Shown piece after piece: positions 84,693 to 98,928 of a stretch of DNA of 248,000 bases. The translations under genes were made by a program, and so were the position numbers. Position 1 is the stretch's first letter; every line of letters starts with the position of its first letter. Origin of the DNA: Wallemia ichthyophaga EXF-994 (Eukaryota; Fungi; Basidiomycota); assembly GCF_000400465.1 (NCBI RefSeq), contig NW_008806284.1, positions 20,001 through 268,000 on the forward strand, written 5' to 3'. The notes beneath the pieces are model-generated. The model did not search any database. It had not been told where the DNA came from and worked only from the letters and a program-made list of their open reading frames with translations.

Positions 84693-85733
84693 TCAAATCA
84701 CTGCGTGTGGAAACTGGAAGTCTGGCTTAGTGAAGGCGTCGTCGCGATAGAATTCGAGTTTATATTGGAAGGCTTCTAATTTGCTAATCATAGACTTAGT
84801 GAGAACACCTCTTGTTTCCAAGTCAGCCAAGATAGGAGCATATTCGAGCTCTTGACCGTTTTCGAGTTTGTGGGTTTCAAGCGGTGTGTAATTTGGTGCG
84901 AATCTGCCTTTGTGCGCTTTGGTATATTCATCTTCTTCTGTTTTATCTTTGCGATTCTTCAACCACACACTGGCGCCCTTATTGTCGTGCATAACTTCTT
85001 GAAGGAACGCCTTAGGTTGGTTGCAGTTAACTTTATAATAGATCGAGCAATTAGTCCTTAATCCCTCTCCAAACGCGCCTCACTCACATACGACACTCTT
85101 GTATCTCTTGATGTGATGCTGTGTCTCCAAGAGATTCCTGATACGCCTCAAGAGACGATCCATATGCTCGTCATACAGTGCTGTACAGCGTTGGTTGAAT
85201 TTTGCAGTCACGAGCTTTATTTCGTATTGCTCATTCCATTCGGCCGCTGGCACTTTCCGATCTTCAGCCCAGTTAGCAAACTCGACCTGTAGATCTGTCT
85301 TAAGCATATTCTTCATTCGCTCATGAACTTTATTTTCAAGGCGGGTGAGTGTAGTCTTATTGCCTAAATTGGCGCCCTCACTTCTGTGTCTGAAGTTTTT
85401 CAACAGGATGGTAACAGACTTGCCCACTGACGAAACGAAAGACTGGATGCCAGTTTTTGAAGACCTGAATGATCCACGAGCACCACCGATACGATCACTG
85501 AAGTCGGTAGCGATGCGCTGGAGCTTTGAAGGCTGCATTTCATCTGTTAGAGCGGTTCGACTGGCAGAGCTCATTTGCTCGTCGTTTATCTGGCGCATTA
85601 GGACCTCGTCCGCTCTCGCGATCTCTGTTGTTGTCAGTTGATCTGAACTATAAGTCCAACCGGATGGTAGTTCGCTCGGCTGCGGTACCTCAACACCGTC
85701 CTTTGGAGATGACTTTGGCTGCGTATTTCTCAT
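84693..85733 (-). CDS. Orphan hypothetical protein
   Basis: 217 aa and 99 aa ORFs on one strand, separated by an intron-like gap. Confidence 0.5.
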
Positions 85734-85817
85734 GGACTTAGCTCAACAACCGACTTACCAGGAGATGCGCTCCCTACTTATAGCTCAACAATCCTTACAA
85801 GTAAATGCGCTTCTTAT

Positions 85818-86814
85818 TTAGCAGCTAGGTTGAATATTTTCCATACGAACGAACTTTTCTCGTATTTTGCGATTTCGAAGAATGCAAGTGGGGATATACA
85901 GACAGAACTTTTCATTTGTCGTAATCTTAGGTCTGAAGTCTCCTTGTTCGCCTAATACCCTTTCCATGGACTGAAAATCGGGAATGCGAACATACTTGAA
86001 GATGTAGCACGCGACGAAAGCCAAACAAGTATTATAAAGAGATGCATTGATCAAACAAGATGAGATAGAAGTCTATTTAGGTACTAAGTACAATAGTAAT
86101 ATTGAAGACTGCTATTCTATACTCCCACCTTCCCTTAGTCATGCGAAGGAAGCTTTGAACAGTCCACAGGATGCAGAAAATATTCAATTTTACTCAAACA
86201 AATTGCAGAGATACCCTATCATCCTCATTTTTGACTTGGACAAGAAATCGCGTTTGTTCTAGTTGAGTGATTATGAAAAAAAGGTCCCTGAAGGAAGGAG
86301 GCTCTACTAGCGGTTTCATGAGATATATCTGTTCACTTTCGAACCTGTCTTTGAGCACTATCTTTGAAGATTTGTATATATTTCGGTCGAGCAGCTTCTT
86401 CTTGTAAGTGCTGTAATCTTTTGCGAAGGTTAGATTCATAGCTGCATCAAGAAAGTTACGCCCACAGTGGAGACTACTCAGTAACGGCGTGTGTTTCTTG
86501 ATAAGCATTCGTATGCGATCCCTAAGTAACACGCAGTAAAACTTTGCGAACTTGCTATAAAAGACGAAGGACACGATCTTCAAGCTAGGATGAGCAATCA
86601 GCTTTATCTTATGCTACCCTGGCTATTTTAGCAGCGTGATCATGTTATCCAATACCACTCTGTCATGAGCTTTGCGCAAGTTAATGAACAAATCTCGGTA
86701 CTTCAAGTCTCCTTCTCTGTCGCTACATGATAGCTTGGGAAGGATAAGGAAGTATAGCTTAATGGTATTTAAGTCTACCCTTGTCGTTATCTCTCTCTCC
86801 CTCTCCGAAGACAT
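85818..86814 (-). pseudogene. Orphan gene with internal stops
   Basis: Consecutive 63, 129 and 78 aa ORF pieces on one strand. Confidence 0.3.
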
Positions 86815-86929
86815 CTGGCTCGATGTATAACTGTATCAAGCCGGTGCTGATTTGCAATGGCTGTGGTGTAACCTCCGCCGTGTTGATTAGTTGTGATTGT
86901 TCAGTCCGTCGGGTCTCTTTCCGAGGCTG

Positions 86930-88239
86930 CTATTGACGCTGCTCTTGAGCTTTTCCAGCTTCGTAGTTTTCATTACGGGTCTTTATCATGCTGTTTCTTT
87001 CACTCCCCGCTGTGAGGGTAAATTGAAGATCAATTGAGTCTGTTGACGGCCGTGCTGGTGAGGGAGTTGGGTCTGGTAACCATTTCTCGAAATTTGTCAG
87101 AGTTATCTCGACACCTGGTGCTCTGGGATCCAATCCGAACTGAGAACCATTGCTAATTGGAGAGCTTGGGAAAGCGCTTTCGATAGATTCAGGAGCTGTA
87201 AACACTTCCATTATTGTTTCAAGTATTATGGAATTAGATGTGGCAAAGCGCGCGATTTGTCACGTTATCTTGACAAGTGAAAATCTTCCTGACGAAGGAA
87301 ACATATCAACGAAATTCACAGAGTCATTACAAGATTTACTTGAGCAAGTCTTACATAGATTGATTCAATCACGCCTGTAGCGGTATCTTCTAGATGGACG
87401 AGGTGTGTCTGCTGAACATCTTGGATCGACGTATGGTGGTGGATCAGGATAGAAGAAATCTTTGCGCCTCCATTCCAGCAGCCAGTGTAGGTATTTTAGG
87501 CATTCAATGTCAAATTTACTAGCCCTCTCCATGTCGTCGACGAGATCGATTCTGTCGACGACAGCCAAATTTACAGTCAGCTTGTTGAGCGTATATATCT
87601 CATTTGCGCTTCTAGGTAGGGTGTCTTCTACCTTTGGCTCAGGTTTCTTCTTCTTGAAGCTATCAACAAAAACTTGCGCTCTGTCTGTTGGGGTTAATAT
87701 CAATTTAAGTAAAGCAAATCGTCGGATATCAACTCACAGATTAAAGAGCGTTTAAAGATTCTGTTGCTTTCTTTGCTGAGCGCCAAGTGTACTCTGGCTT
87801 GGAGGAAATCGAGTACGTCGCCGGCAAAGTCTTCGAAGTACTTGTTGAATACCATGTGGCGTATAGAGGCCTCTAGATCATCACATCCGTTAACAGCACT
87901 ACGATTGCGAATTCTATCAGATACAAAGCCAGCTTTGAGGAGAACTTGGGGCGTGATTTCCTGATCGACTTGTTCTCGAACTTCAGCGAGGAAATCTGTG
88001 ATGATATCCTTGTTCCTGTGGTATCTCAGGTCTAATGGTAACTTATCGCATCCTCCACAAACGCATTCATTGCGAAATGCTTTACAGTGAAGGACCTTGG
88101 TAGCTGGTGGGAGGTGAGTATCATAAACAGCAATCCCTATAGTGCCCACATATTGATCGTGGTATAGAGTTGGTCGTGAGTTGTCGTCTGCTGTTTGTTC
88201 GTTGAGGTTGAGGAATTGGGGGAACGAACACGGATTCAA
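86930..88239 (-). CDS. Orphan hypothetical protein (several ORF segments)
   Basis: 179, 112 and 93 aa ORFs in tandem on the minus strand. Confidence 0.4.
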
Positions 88240-88599
88240 CCTTGTGAGAGTGTCTTCTTATCATCCTTCAACGCCTATTCGACTGCAAAGAACAAAAGGA
88301 ATCGCCTCAGTTATTTATGTCATTTCCCGGCGCTGGAATGGGGGCATCATATCTTAGAAATTTTAAAGAAGTGTCAGGAGTATTAGTGTATGTACTAATT
88401 AATTGCGGTGTAGAAAAGAAATATATGAGTATGTCTAGTATCGCCTATTATCGTCCTTGAAAGAGCTGATTATTTGGTGTAAGCTTCAAATAAGGTCTTA
88501 GTACTCGATATAGCTGAAGTCGAGGGAGAAACACTTCAAGCTATTCTTCGTATAGACCTCCATACACTTGATTCGTTCGACCGTGACAAGAGATGAAAA

Positions 88600-89840
88600 T
88601 TCATCGCTATTTTTTTCCCTTGAATACCCCAGTCACTGTCGCAGAATTAGTAGGCCTCACAAACAACACCGCAGACTGACTTAAGCGCTTCACTCTAACG
88701 CCATGAATGTGAAAAGCGATAAGACTGCGTACACGCACACGCACATCCACGAAAGCGACTAATTCTGTCTCTACTAATTGCATTTTGCTGAGCTTGATAT
88801 TTAGGAGTGCTTTGATAGTGAGGAGCTTGAAGCAGATAGTTTTTTGTTTATTTGCAAACATTGCAAAGGCGTACTGTGGCATTTCAATGAGATCGTTCTT
88901 GTCTGTGTGATCTCGAGAGGAGCTTGGCAGGGGCTACTAGATGTTCTGGGTGATTCCCCATCGAGAAGCAGCTGCAAGCTGATTTGCGTGCCACTACACA
89001 GCGCTCGAAACGCCTGGATTGGCCAAAACAGCTGCTCTCAGACGGCAGAGCTGGTTTTCCATGTAACGAGATGTCGCTTTAGCTTTAACTTTCGTCTCCG
89101 ACAAACAACTCATGGCATATTTCCAGATACTGTTGGCAAACACATTAAGAAATTGATGTTGGTTAATAACAATAATCGTTCTTGGATCCGCATCATCCGC
89201 ACCCATTGCAATTCGCGACTTGTGATCTGCAAAGATCTGTGCTTCGGTATATTCCAAGATGCCGACATATGACATAATGGGAAATGTAGATCACTTGGCT
89301 TGGCTTATGCATGTGATAGTCACAATCTTAATATATTCACGTAAAATTCAGTCGATTACAAGGTTAATTTGAGGGGTGTGTTAGAGTGTTTCATTTTATG
89401 ACACAACACATCGAAACACGACTCAGATAAAGTCACGTATACGATGAGTGACGTTCCTGACTCACTTGTCTGTCTTTTGAGCTATCTTTCACTTGCAATA
89501 AATGATTTGATGTACGCATCGATTCTGCAACTTGGACCATGTTTGCTGAAGACGATGCAACTGCGCCGTGGGTGAATTGCATATTTGGAACGATCATTGA
89601 TGTTGAAGGTACTGTTGATACTGACGTTAAAGCTGATGGTGTTGCTGCTTGGTGGAGCACACTGGCGGTATCCCCACCTCTCGACGCTTCTACTGTCGTG
89701 CTGCTAGCTGAGAGGTTCTCCAACTTGATATCATAGAGGGTACGCTCAAAGCTGATTTTTGGCTTGATACTCTTCGGACTTAATTTTTTGCGCTTGCTCA
89801 TAGTCCATTTTGCTAACCTGTCTAAAACAATCTCAAGCAT
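88600..89840 (-). pseudogene. Orphan coding remnant(s)
   Basis: 93, 91 and 135 aa ORF pieces with intervening stops. Confidence 0.25.
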
Positions 89841-90173
89841 GATGGCGTTAGTGTCACTAGCGTGAATTCCTCAAAATCATCGACAGATGAAAGCATTCCT
89901 AGATGCTTGAGCTAGCTCCAAGTTGGCGTCATTCGTGATTTTCCTTTATAAATTATACATGAAAAATTTATACAACAAACAAGAATAAATAGTCTAAAAC
90001 CATCCCTGCCCTGCAAACTGCTCGATCAATCTGGCTTATTGACTCCTTGTCTTGGGAGCAAACTTGCACTCATCAAGTGATGGCTTAGGGATCCACGTCT
90101 CCATTGCGAACTTGCGATACTCTAACGGGGTGTAGTTCTACGCATTCTTCATATACTCAAACCATTAGCCTTT

Positions 90174-90563
90174 TTAGTTGATATCGATACTTGGCTTGTT
90201 AAGCAGTGAGCGTTCCTCTTCAATTTTCCAGCCTGCATTCATCTTTGCGTTGTGCTTTATGTACAAATTCACGATGTCTGAACACTCTGCGCTTTTTACT
90301 TTTCCATCATCAACAGAATCAATTACGAGCGGAAAAAGCTTTGGTATGCGCTGCGACAGCGAGTAGTTCGAACCTTCATTAAATGATGGATAGTCATCTA
90401 CCTCGGCTGCACCCTCTAATGTTCTCCATTTCGCTAGCACAGTCTTACCAGCAGCTTCTATCACCAACAATAATCCAGGCTGGTTTGCTACTCGCATCAG
90501 ACACTGGCTGTCTTCGTTATGGTTCCAGCAATGCTCATTATGATGTTCTTTGAAATCTGTCAT
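90174..90563 (-). CDS. Orphan hypothetical protein (129 aa)
   Basis: ORF with globular-looking composition. Confidence 0.4.
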   Translation of the reverse strand: MTDFKEHHNEHCWNHNEDSQCLMRVANQPGLLLVIEAAGKTVLAKWRTLEGAAEVDDYPSFNEGSNYSLSQRIPKLFPLVIDSVDDGKVKSAECSDIVNLYIKHNAKMNAGWKIEEERSLLNKPSIDIN

Positions 90564-90650
90564 CGCAATTACGCTTTCAACTTTAGGGTATTTGTCTTTT
90601 CTTTCTTAGCGAATATTTCCAAATACACGTAAAGCTTCCACTGCTTTGCC

Positions 90651-91800
90651 CTAAGAATCAATTTTGTGGTTTGATATACCCGTCCATGCCAAGTTTCCCA
90701 TTGATGAGTCTCTCAGCGTATGTAAACGCTCTGTATATGGCTTTTCAAAGCCTTTGTGATTAAATGAAACGCCATTAGCGTGGAGAGATGACAGCGTGTT
90801 AGTAAGACATAGTGTGTTTCTCATAACATGGACACCGTCATCCACAGTTATTTCAATGTATGGTTTGATGTAGATGTCGTCATAATTTTTAATTGGATTA
90901 ACTTTGCGCATTTGTGCTCGAGCTTTCTTCTTCTGACGTCTCTTTATAGCTTTGTTGTTAGGCAGTTTACATGTTACAATTTCACCTTTCTGAGCCAAGC
91001 TATCAATGAACTCGGCAGGGGCTAAATCTTTTCCTTCTTCTTCAAGTTTGTTAAGTAGTACATTCAGATTCATCTCTTTGAGACCAGTTTCCAAGTCTAC
91101 GCCTCTGGTCTTGGTATCGCAAAGAATATCAACAACCTTCTCAACCGTCTTTCTTTTCAGGTTTCTTCTGATATGTCAATTTCATGCTATCACAATAAAT
91201 TCAATGTCCTTGTTCTCATCATTAGATTCACCTTCCGCCGATGGCAGAGGAACAGAGACATCCCACCCAATCCATTCGTAGGGCTTGCATTGGGTCTCAC
91301 ATCTGCGCAGATTAATATGGAACTGAACCTTATCACGTTGATCTTCTTCAATTTTGAAACTAGCTGGTGTAGGAGCAGGTAGCTTGATAGAATGAAATTC
91401 TACATCCTTGTTGGTGGTGTATATCCGATATCTTTGCAATCTTAAACAAGGTGGATATCATAGTGTGAGATAGAGCACCAATGGAAACCTTCAGTTCCGT
91501 GCATGGGGCAGTCGTACTTGTTGAGCCATTTTCCGAGCCACACCTTGAATTCATCATTAAGGGCACAAGATTCTGCTAATTTGACGAATATTCAGCCCAG
91601 ATCTGTGCTCTGATTGAGCACGGACCTAACACAGCATCTGGATGCGATTTGGTCGAATATCTGTGTAAGGTTACCCAAGATGTTCAATCTCCGAAACATG
91701 GAACTACTGTCTTAATTCTCATTCGATACTTGCTGCAAGGGTCATAGGTCAATGTCAGCTACGTTGCAAACGAAAGTTTTGAGGAATGTTCAACTGCAAT
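90651..91800 (-). pseudogene. Decayed orphan gene
   Basis: Coding-like frame over 1 kb with several TGA/TAA stops and a frame change; 147 and 85 aa pieces survive. Confidence 0.35.
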
Positions 91801-92101
91801 TGCCCAAAAACTAGCTGTGAATAAGTTTAGAAAGTTAAATTAATCAGAACAACTTTTTAAAACAAAAGAAAGAAGATAAAGAAACATGAGGGACTTTCTG
91901 GATAGGGGTAAGAGTGGTTAAGTGTTAGGAAGTTGGTAGTTGAATAGTTGTTCAAGTGGATTGGGTTGGCGATATTGCTATTCAATTGGGTAAGTTGAGT
92001 ATAATAAATAGGCGTCGTATTCTGTTTATATGTGGCTTATGACATCGCTGTGAGGGAATTATGAAACAAATAACCAAATGCTCAGTTGAAGGATAAAGTA
92101 A

Positions 92102-95100
92102 TTAATTCTGCTCCAATCTGACTTGTGCCAGCACTCTCGATATCTCATTAGCTTGATCAGTCGACAAACCATCAAAGTTACCTGATGGCGTCTCTATCCT
92201 GCTTGGAATCTGTTGTTGAGAGAACGTTGCAGAGGTTGCTGAATTTGGATTACTTATATTCGAGTATTGTTGAATGTCCGCATTATTAGTTGGAGGTATT
92301 GAGATAGGATTTGGGATATTCTGTAATTTATTACGTGGATTGGTAGATAATGATCTAGCGTGTCTTAATCCTGTTGGATGATTTGGTTGACTTTGCTGCG
92401 CATATATTGAGCCTGAGCTCCCAATCGCTTGACTATTGTTAGAAAGTGGTGGTGAGATTGGTGAAAAGAACTGTTGCTGATTCATTTGCGTATCCAATTC
92501 AGGTGGTGTCACTTGCGGTAACGATCTAGTGTGTGCGTGTCCACCCAAAGATGCAGATGATCCGAAAAATTTAGGATCTTGTTGCATTACTCCACCCACT
92601 GGTCCTCCGATAGAATAGTGGGATTGATGTCCCAAATGGCTCGGGCGCTGTGGTTTGTTGAACTCCCTCGGTGATGGCCTGCTCGAAGGGTTGGTACTTG
92701 AAGCATAATTACCGGTGCCTGCAGATGGATCTCCAACTACACCAGCATAACCTTGGTTCTGACCGTTGCTGCCAGTCGCATTTGGAGTCTTTCCAACCAA
92801 TGCACCAAGGTCAAGACTCTGAGCTCTTTGTGAAGCTAACGTACGTTGTGGCTGCTGTGGCTTCATCTTGGCCTCCATTATCGAATCTGTTCCTCTCTTG
92901 GCCGCCGTGTCTTCAGTAGTTTGGGCATAAGACTTGGTGGCGTCGGCAGCAGGTGGTATAGTAGGTCTACCATAGTGAGTTGGTGGCGTTGGCGGGCCCC
93001 ATACGTTTTGAGTATACTGTTGCTCTTGAGCTTGTTGACTAGCAGCGGCATAGTAAGCAGCAGCAGCTTGAGTTTGCTGAAGCTGTGCTTGGGAAGAAGC
93101 CGAGTTAATGGCCTCCTCACCGATTCCACCATAAGGCGATGACATTGCAGTATTTGAATCAGGGGATGACACAGTCGATCCTGGATAACCACCGCTACCA
93201 TCGTTACCAAACAGTGCTTTGACGTTAGGTGTTGATACAGCTGCACGCAATCTTCTGCCCGATCCAACAGCACCTGTTTTGGTACCACCAAGTGTAGACG
93301 ATCCAGAGAAGTTTGGCTTTTGACCCATTAACGCAGCAGCGGAAGATCCACTTCCAATACTGTTGCTACTCAAAGTATTGTGACGAGATTCACCTGGTCT
93401 TGTAAACTGGGCACTTGCATCTTGGAAGCCATCGAAGGTTTCATTCGTGGGACTTTCTGTTGCAGGAATAATCTTTGAGTTAAATAACGGGAAAGCGCCG
93501 GCAAGAACATCCGCACGCATTGGCTGCTGTGTCGGGATAGTTGGTCTGGCGTGGAGAGGTACACCACGGCTTTTCAAGTAATCTTCGAGAGCATCTTTTG
93601 CTGCACCCAACATATCAATGTTAGAGCGTTGACAACGAACCTTGAAGGCCAAGTCTTCATCATCCTCGGACGCGCTGCTGGAATCTGATTGAGGAGAGCT
93701 GTTCTGGACATTATCACTTGGCTTAGACAGCTGAGCTGGTGCAGAGATCGACACGTGTAAATCACTACGAATGGTGTTTAATAGCTCAGCAAATCTATTA
93801 TCGTTGACAGCAGTCTTGATTTGGCTAGAGCGAGGAGCCAAGTATTCAGCTTCGAATGGTACGTGATCCTGCTTATGGTTAGCCAAGTTAAGTTGCAAAC
93901 GTGCAACCCACTAAAACCATCGTCTTTGCAATGTTCACTTGATGCTCAGGACCAAAAATTGCAACCGAGTCAGTTGCCAACTCCTTGTCAGGAAATCTGA
94001 CAATACATCCAGTTTTAGATTCGATGTCGTGCAGAAAAATGGACTTTTCTCCAAGCAAAGTGCGATGATATTTCCTAGGTATCATAATACTTTCATTCGT
94101 ATAATCTTTATCTTTAGGATTGACTAATTCCATTACTGATTGTTTAAGATTTTCCAAATTCATGGCATTCTTCGCAGGCGTTCTTGAAATGACATTGTCT
94201 TCATTATCGCAATACCCGCCTAATGCGGCGAACTCATCAGCGTTTGAAAACTTGACGTACACGCCAAATTTCTTCATGATACGCTGGATGTTTTTACCCC
94301 CAACACCAATGATACGCTTGTGGTACACTTCAGGAACGTGGAAAGACATCTCTGCAGGTAACTCCTCTTGAAGCATAGACAAGCCACTCAAAGCACCAAG
94401 GTCTGAGCCGGCGACCTGGGATAATATGTAAGTTGAGCTGAATAGGGTGACAAAAGTAACCCACATCAATCAAGAAATTGTATTCAGATAAAGTCTCATA
94501 CTTTATTCTAACGTTTGCAGATTTCATGATCTTATTGATCTTTCCATTCTTTTTGCCTGAAATGAAATCACGGTGTTCATTGGCCAATTCAACCTGGAAC
94601 CTAATTTCGTGGTGAAAGCCTTGAACAATATCCAAATCCAAAACTCTCGCGATAGCGTCTCTAACAGAGGCATCGGAGCCGTGAGCCTCAAAGCAATTAG
94701 ACTTGAGTACGATCTCAGCACCCGATTCTAAAGCTAATTTCTCGAGATCGCCTGGTGGGACAGTTGAAGGGTTGATAGAAGGAGGAGGAATCAATACGTC
94801 AAATGTAACTGGTAATAACCAGACACTCGCAACGTAATAAAAGCAGGCTAGTTGCATGACCGACCTTATGGTCCTTTCAATCGAAACTCTGTTATCGCCA
94901 AAGATTTGAATGATGGAGGCTTGTGAGCCAATGACGGGGAATTTGATGAAAGTACCGTTATCAGCCATGATAGTGCGCAGCTCATCAGCTTTTTCGAGGA
95001 CCAAAGCATCCAATTTTCTAGGTAAAAGAGCAGCGTCGCGACTCAAAACAGACTTTGAGTTGACTTTCTGTACGGCGACTTGTACAAGCATATCCTTAGC

Positions 95101-95884
95101 TCTTTGTACACCGAAGAAATCACCAGTAATGTGGATAAAGTTCCTCTGATCAGGTAAGCTAGCAGCTCTTGGTGAGGCATTACCGAGTACGCCTGCTAGA
95201 GGAGGAGGAAGGTAGATGTTTGTTTCAGTCTCCTCTTCAATGGTTCTAATGACAGAGCGTTTCTTTGAGGCGATAATTGGGTGTAATTTAAAGTCGATAT
95301 CAACCTTATCAGCGTGTAAGCCGTTCGATTGATCCATGGTAACTAGAACAGCAATCTTTGCATGCTCAATGGCCTCTTGGCCACCAACAATAGTGAACTG
95401 GACCATACGCTGCAATTGAAGACCATGCTGGAAATTTGAAGGGGGAAGTTCTTTCAAAGCAAAGTTTACACCAGTGAGGGAATTGAGGGAGATAATCTTG
95501 TCCTTGAGGGCGGTGGATAGACAGTCTAAGGGATGGCTGGGATTAAGGTCGTGTACGAGCAAGTCAGATTTTGGAATTTTGAGTTGCAAAAAAGACTTGA
95601 GGGGCAAGTCCCTGATGAGTTGTCCTCTGGCGTTGAGAACATTTTGGAAAGAGCCAGATAAGTGCCAGATAGACAGATTCGATTGTTGATGGTGGTTTAG
95701 AACGCAAGACTGAGATTGAGTGATGGAGCTAGAAAGCTTATCATAAGAATCCGTAGAATTATCAAATTCAAATAAGTAATCTTGATTGGGTAAATTAGGT
95801 AAAGGCAAGCTGAGAGATAAGTTGTAGAGATCTGCTAGGAAATGAGTGTGTGAGAATCATACGAATAGAATCGCACTTACCCAT
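92102..95884 (-). CDS. Multi-KH-domain RNA-binding protein (Mug60-like)
   Basis: HPIIASKKRS, FISGKKNGKINKIM, YHKRIIGVGGKNIQRIM, YHRTLLGEK. Confidence 0.85.
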
Positions 95885-96760
95885 AGAATCTAAAAATTGT
95901 AGTTTTATAATACCTTAGCTGGGTATATATTTTTAACTTTCACTGACGCTCCTTGACGGTCGTTCTTGTCTAAAGTGTGAACGGCGCTCTGAAGGGAGCA
96001 AATTGGATAAAAATTAAATTAGCAATTAGCCGGATAAGCTTCCTTTTCGGCGTTTTTTCTATTTTAATTTTATCCAAATTAAGAATTTTTTACATTTCAT
96101 TTTTAATGGTGGTGAAATTCTTAATCCGGAAGTTTAATCAACATTGTAGAAAAGGGAAATTTAATACATTTTGCTTTAACCTACACGCTTATTATTATCA
96201 ATCTTAATCTTCTTTTTTTGTCTTTCTGCGAGTGCGTCTGCATCTTCTAAGCGTTGTTGAGCGGCAAAAATCTTGTAATATTTCTTATCTAACTGCAAAC
96301 TACCTTGTTTGAATGTATCTATGGCTGACTCATTCTCTTTCTCAGTGAATGACTCGGCTATGTATGTCTAATGAGTCAGGCACAATCACCCACCTGTTCT
96401 GCCTTGGATGTCTGTATATCATTATCATCATCCTCCCATGGGTTTTTCTTTCTTTTTTTTAGCTACTGCGCTTCTTCTTGGGGATAACGGCATTCCATAA
96501 TATCTTCAACCAGGTTGTTGCATTTGTGAACGCGGTCTTGGTTTTGTGTGAGTGGATTCATTGTAATAGTACTTGTAATCTTTGTTACATTTTTATAATA
96601 GACGCTTGCCCCCTTTTTTATATACTTATATTTGCCTAAACCATTTAGAACATCTCATGTCACCGCGCAGCGCAACCTCCCTGCAAACAACCCAAGCAAT
96701 AAATAAACGTATGCATTTATGGGATCTATCTATATGACATTAGCCAAAACCAACTAAATC

Positions 96761-98928
96761 TCAATTTAAGCGACTCTTTTTGGATTTCGACTTGACGCTT
96801 TGTATCAGCGAATCGATCGATGGTGCGTTGTTGGCAGCAACATCGTCTCCATCTCTCTGCGATCTTCTCGATCTCTCCGCTAACAACTTTTTCATGCTCT
96901 TTGTCGGCTTGAAGCTGTTTGATAGTTAGTGGGTGAAATATGAAATATTTCTCAGCACTTGACTCACTTTGGCAGTGTTGGATCAATTGCATACTGGTGA
97001 TCCTCCAAGACGTTCTTGAATCTATCATCATCGACGTTGATTTCAAAGTTATCTTCAGCATCACCGTCATCGTTACCTTTCGATTTCTTGTTGTGTTTGC
97101 GCTTTCTGCCTTGCTTCTTTTCACTCTTGATGATATCGTCCATGTCAAAGTGTTTGGCATCGTCTTTCTCATTCGTGAGTAGCTTGAGTTCGTCAGCTGT
97201 TGACTCCACTCTGCCGCTATCCTGTGCATCCTCTTTATCCTCTATCTTGCTCTTCCTTTCATCTTTCTTGTATGGCTTTGCGATGGCTGCACGGTCATCC
97301 TCAGCAGCTCTGTTGTCGAAGGCAGCCTCATCCTCACTGCCAGACTGGAAGAAGTCGTCGTCAAAGCCAGCCTGGTCGCTAGGTTTCTCTTGCTGCTCCA
97401 TTTGCTCTTGATGCTCGCTATCGTCGTCTTGCATCTGGTTCTTTCTCTTGTCTTTCTTAGCATCCTTCTTTGCCTTCTCCTTCTTCTTGTATCTCTCTAG
97501 CGTTGTCATGTTCTCATCACCATCACTATCCTTACCCTTCTTAGTGTTCTTCTCGCTCAACCCAGGCGCAAACGTAACTTCCATCTCTCCTTCTCTATCC
97601 TTTTTGCCACCCCTGAGTTCACGAGCGTCACCTTGTTCTCCACTAAGAGCAGCTCTCAGCAAAGCCGCTCTTCTCTGGTTTTCCTGCTCGTTTTCGCTCT
97701 CGTCCTCACTCTCAGAGGCGAGATAAGCCTTAAAGTCATTCTGCTCGATATCTTCCTTGTTCATACGCTTGCGCGTGAGAGCCACCCTCTTGTCGTCATC
97801 CTCATCCCAAGTCAGCTTGACCTTGGAGTGGCGCAAAGCGGGTGTCTGGAAATCGACGCCTCTATAAGACTCACTTGAGGTGTTAGCCTGATCGCGTATA
97901 TCATCTTCCTCAAACGCCACGCCATCAGGCACGACCTGGAACTGGAGAATATTTGCAGTGCGTTCGATCTCCGTGTTGTGAGCTTCACTGAACAGCTTGT
98001 GGGCAGCCTTGCTAGACGAGAGTGTGACGATAGCGTAGTAGTAGCGCAATCTGCCCAATTGATACTCCCTCAGTGCTGATTCAGGGTCGAGTTGACGTTC
98101 TTTACCTTTCTTCGTCTTGTTGGCACCTATCAGAGTGGGTCCGGATTGCTCCTCGTGCTCTATACGGTTCTTGCCAAATTGCGACATGTACACACTAACA
98201 TTTTTCAGCGCCTTCTTGTGCTCTGTGCCTTGGAGAATGGAATCAAGGGCGACGTAGATGTCCTGTGCGGAGAGGTGGTCCCAGTCGAGATTGGTGACTG
98301 CTAGACGAGAAGTGAAGTCGATGGTATCGTCATCGTCTCCGTCCTCTGCGTTTTCATTATAGGCTTTAGCCTGAGCGTCTAAACGACGCATTTCATCTTT
98401 GATCTCGTCGTCATTCAAGGATTGGGGGATTTCGTCGTCATCATTATCATCGTCGTCGCTGTCTTCGTCCTCGTCATCAGAACCTACGAGTTGGTTTTCG
98501 TAGTTTTCAGGCTGGAGCTCGACCTCGTCGTCAGCGCTGGAGTCTGAAGAGGCAGAATCAGAAACTGAATCAGAGTCTGAGGAGGAATCAGAGTCAGAGT
98601 CTTCCATGATAGCTTCACCGCGTGCATAATCCATGGCAGATTTGGGTTGTTGTGGTTGCTCAAGTTCGTTCAGTTGGTCACGCTGCTGCCTTTCCTTCTT
98701 AGCAGCCTTCTCATCATCTTTATTGATATTATAAAACTGCTTAAGCTCGTGTGCGCCATCCTTAGGCTTAACTTTACGACCAAACTTATCGACCTTGGAA
98801 GTAGATTGAAAGTCGAATAAATCTTTGAATCTATCGTCTAAGACAACTTTCTGTTGATTCTTCTTTGTTTTATGGAACTTTGGGTTGCTCGCTGTCCCGC
98901 TGAATCTTTTATCTCCGGTTGGCGGCAT
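96761..98928 (-). CDS. ESF1: Pre-rRNA processing protein Esf1
   Basis: TSRLAVTNLDWD, LREYQL.RLRYYYA, DDRFK NUC153 motif. Confidence 0.92.
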
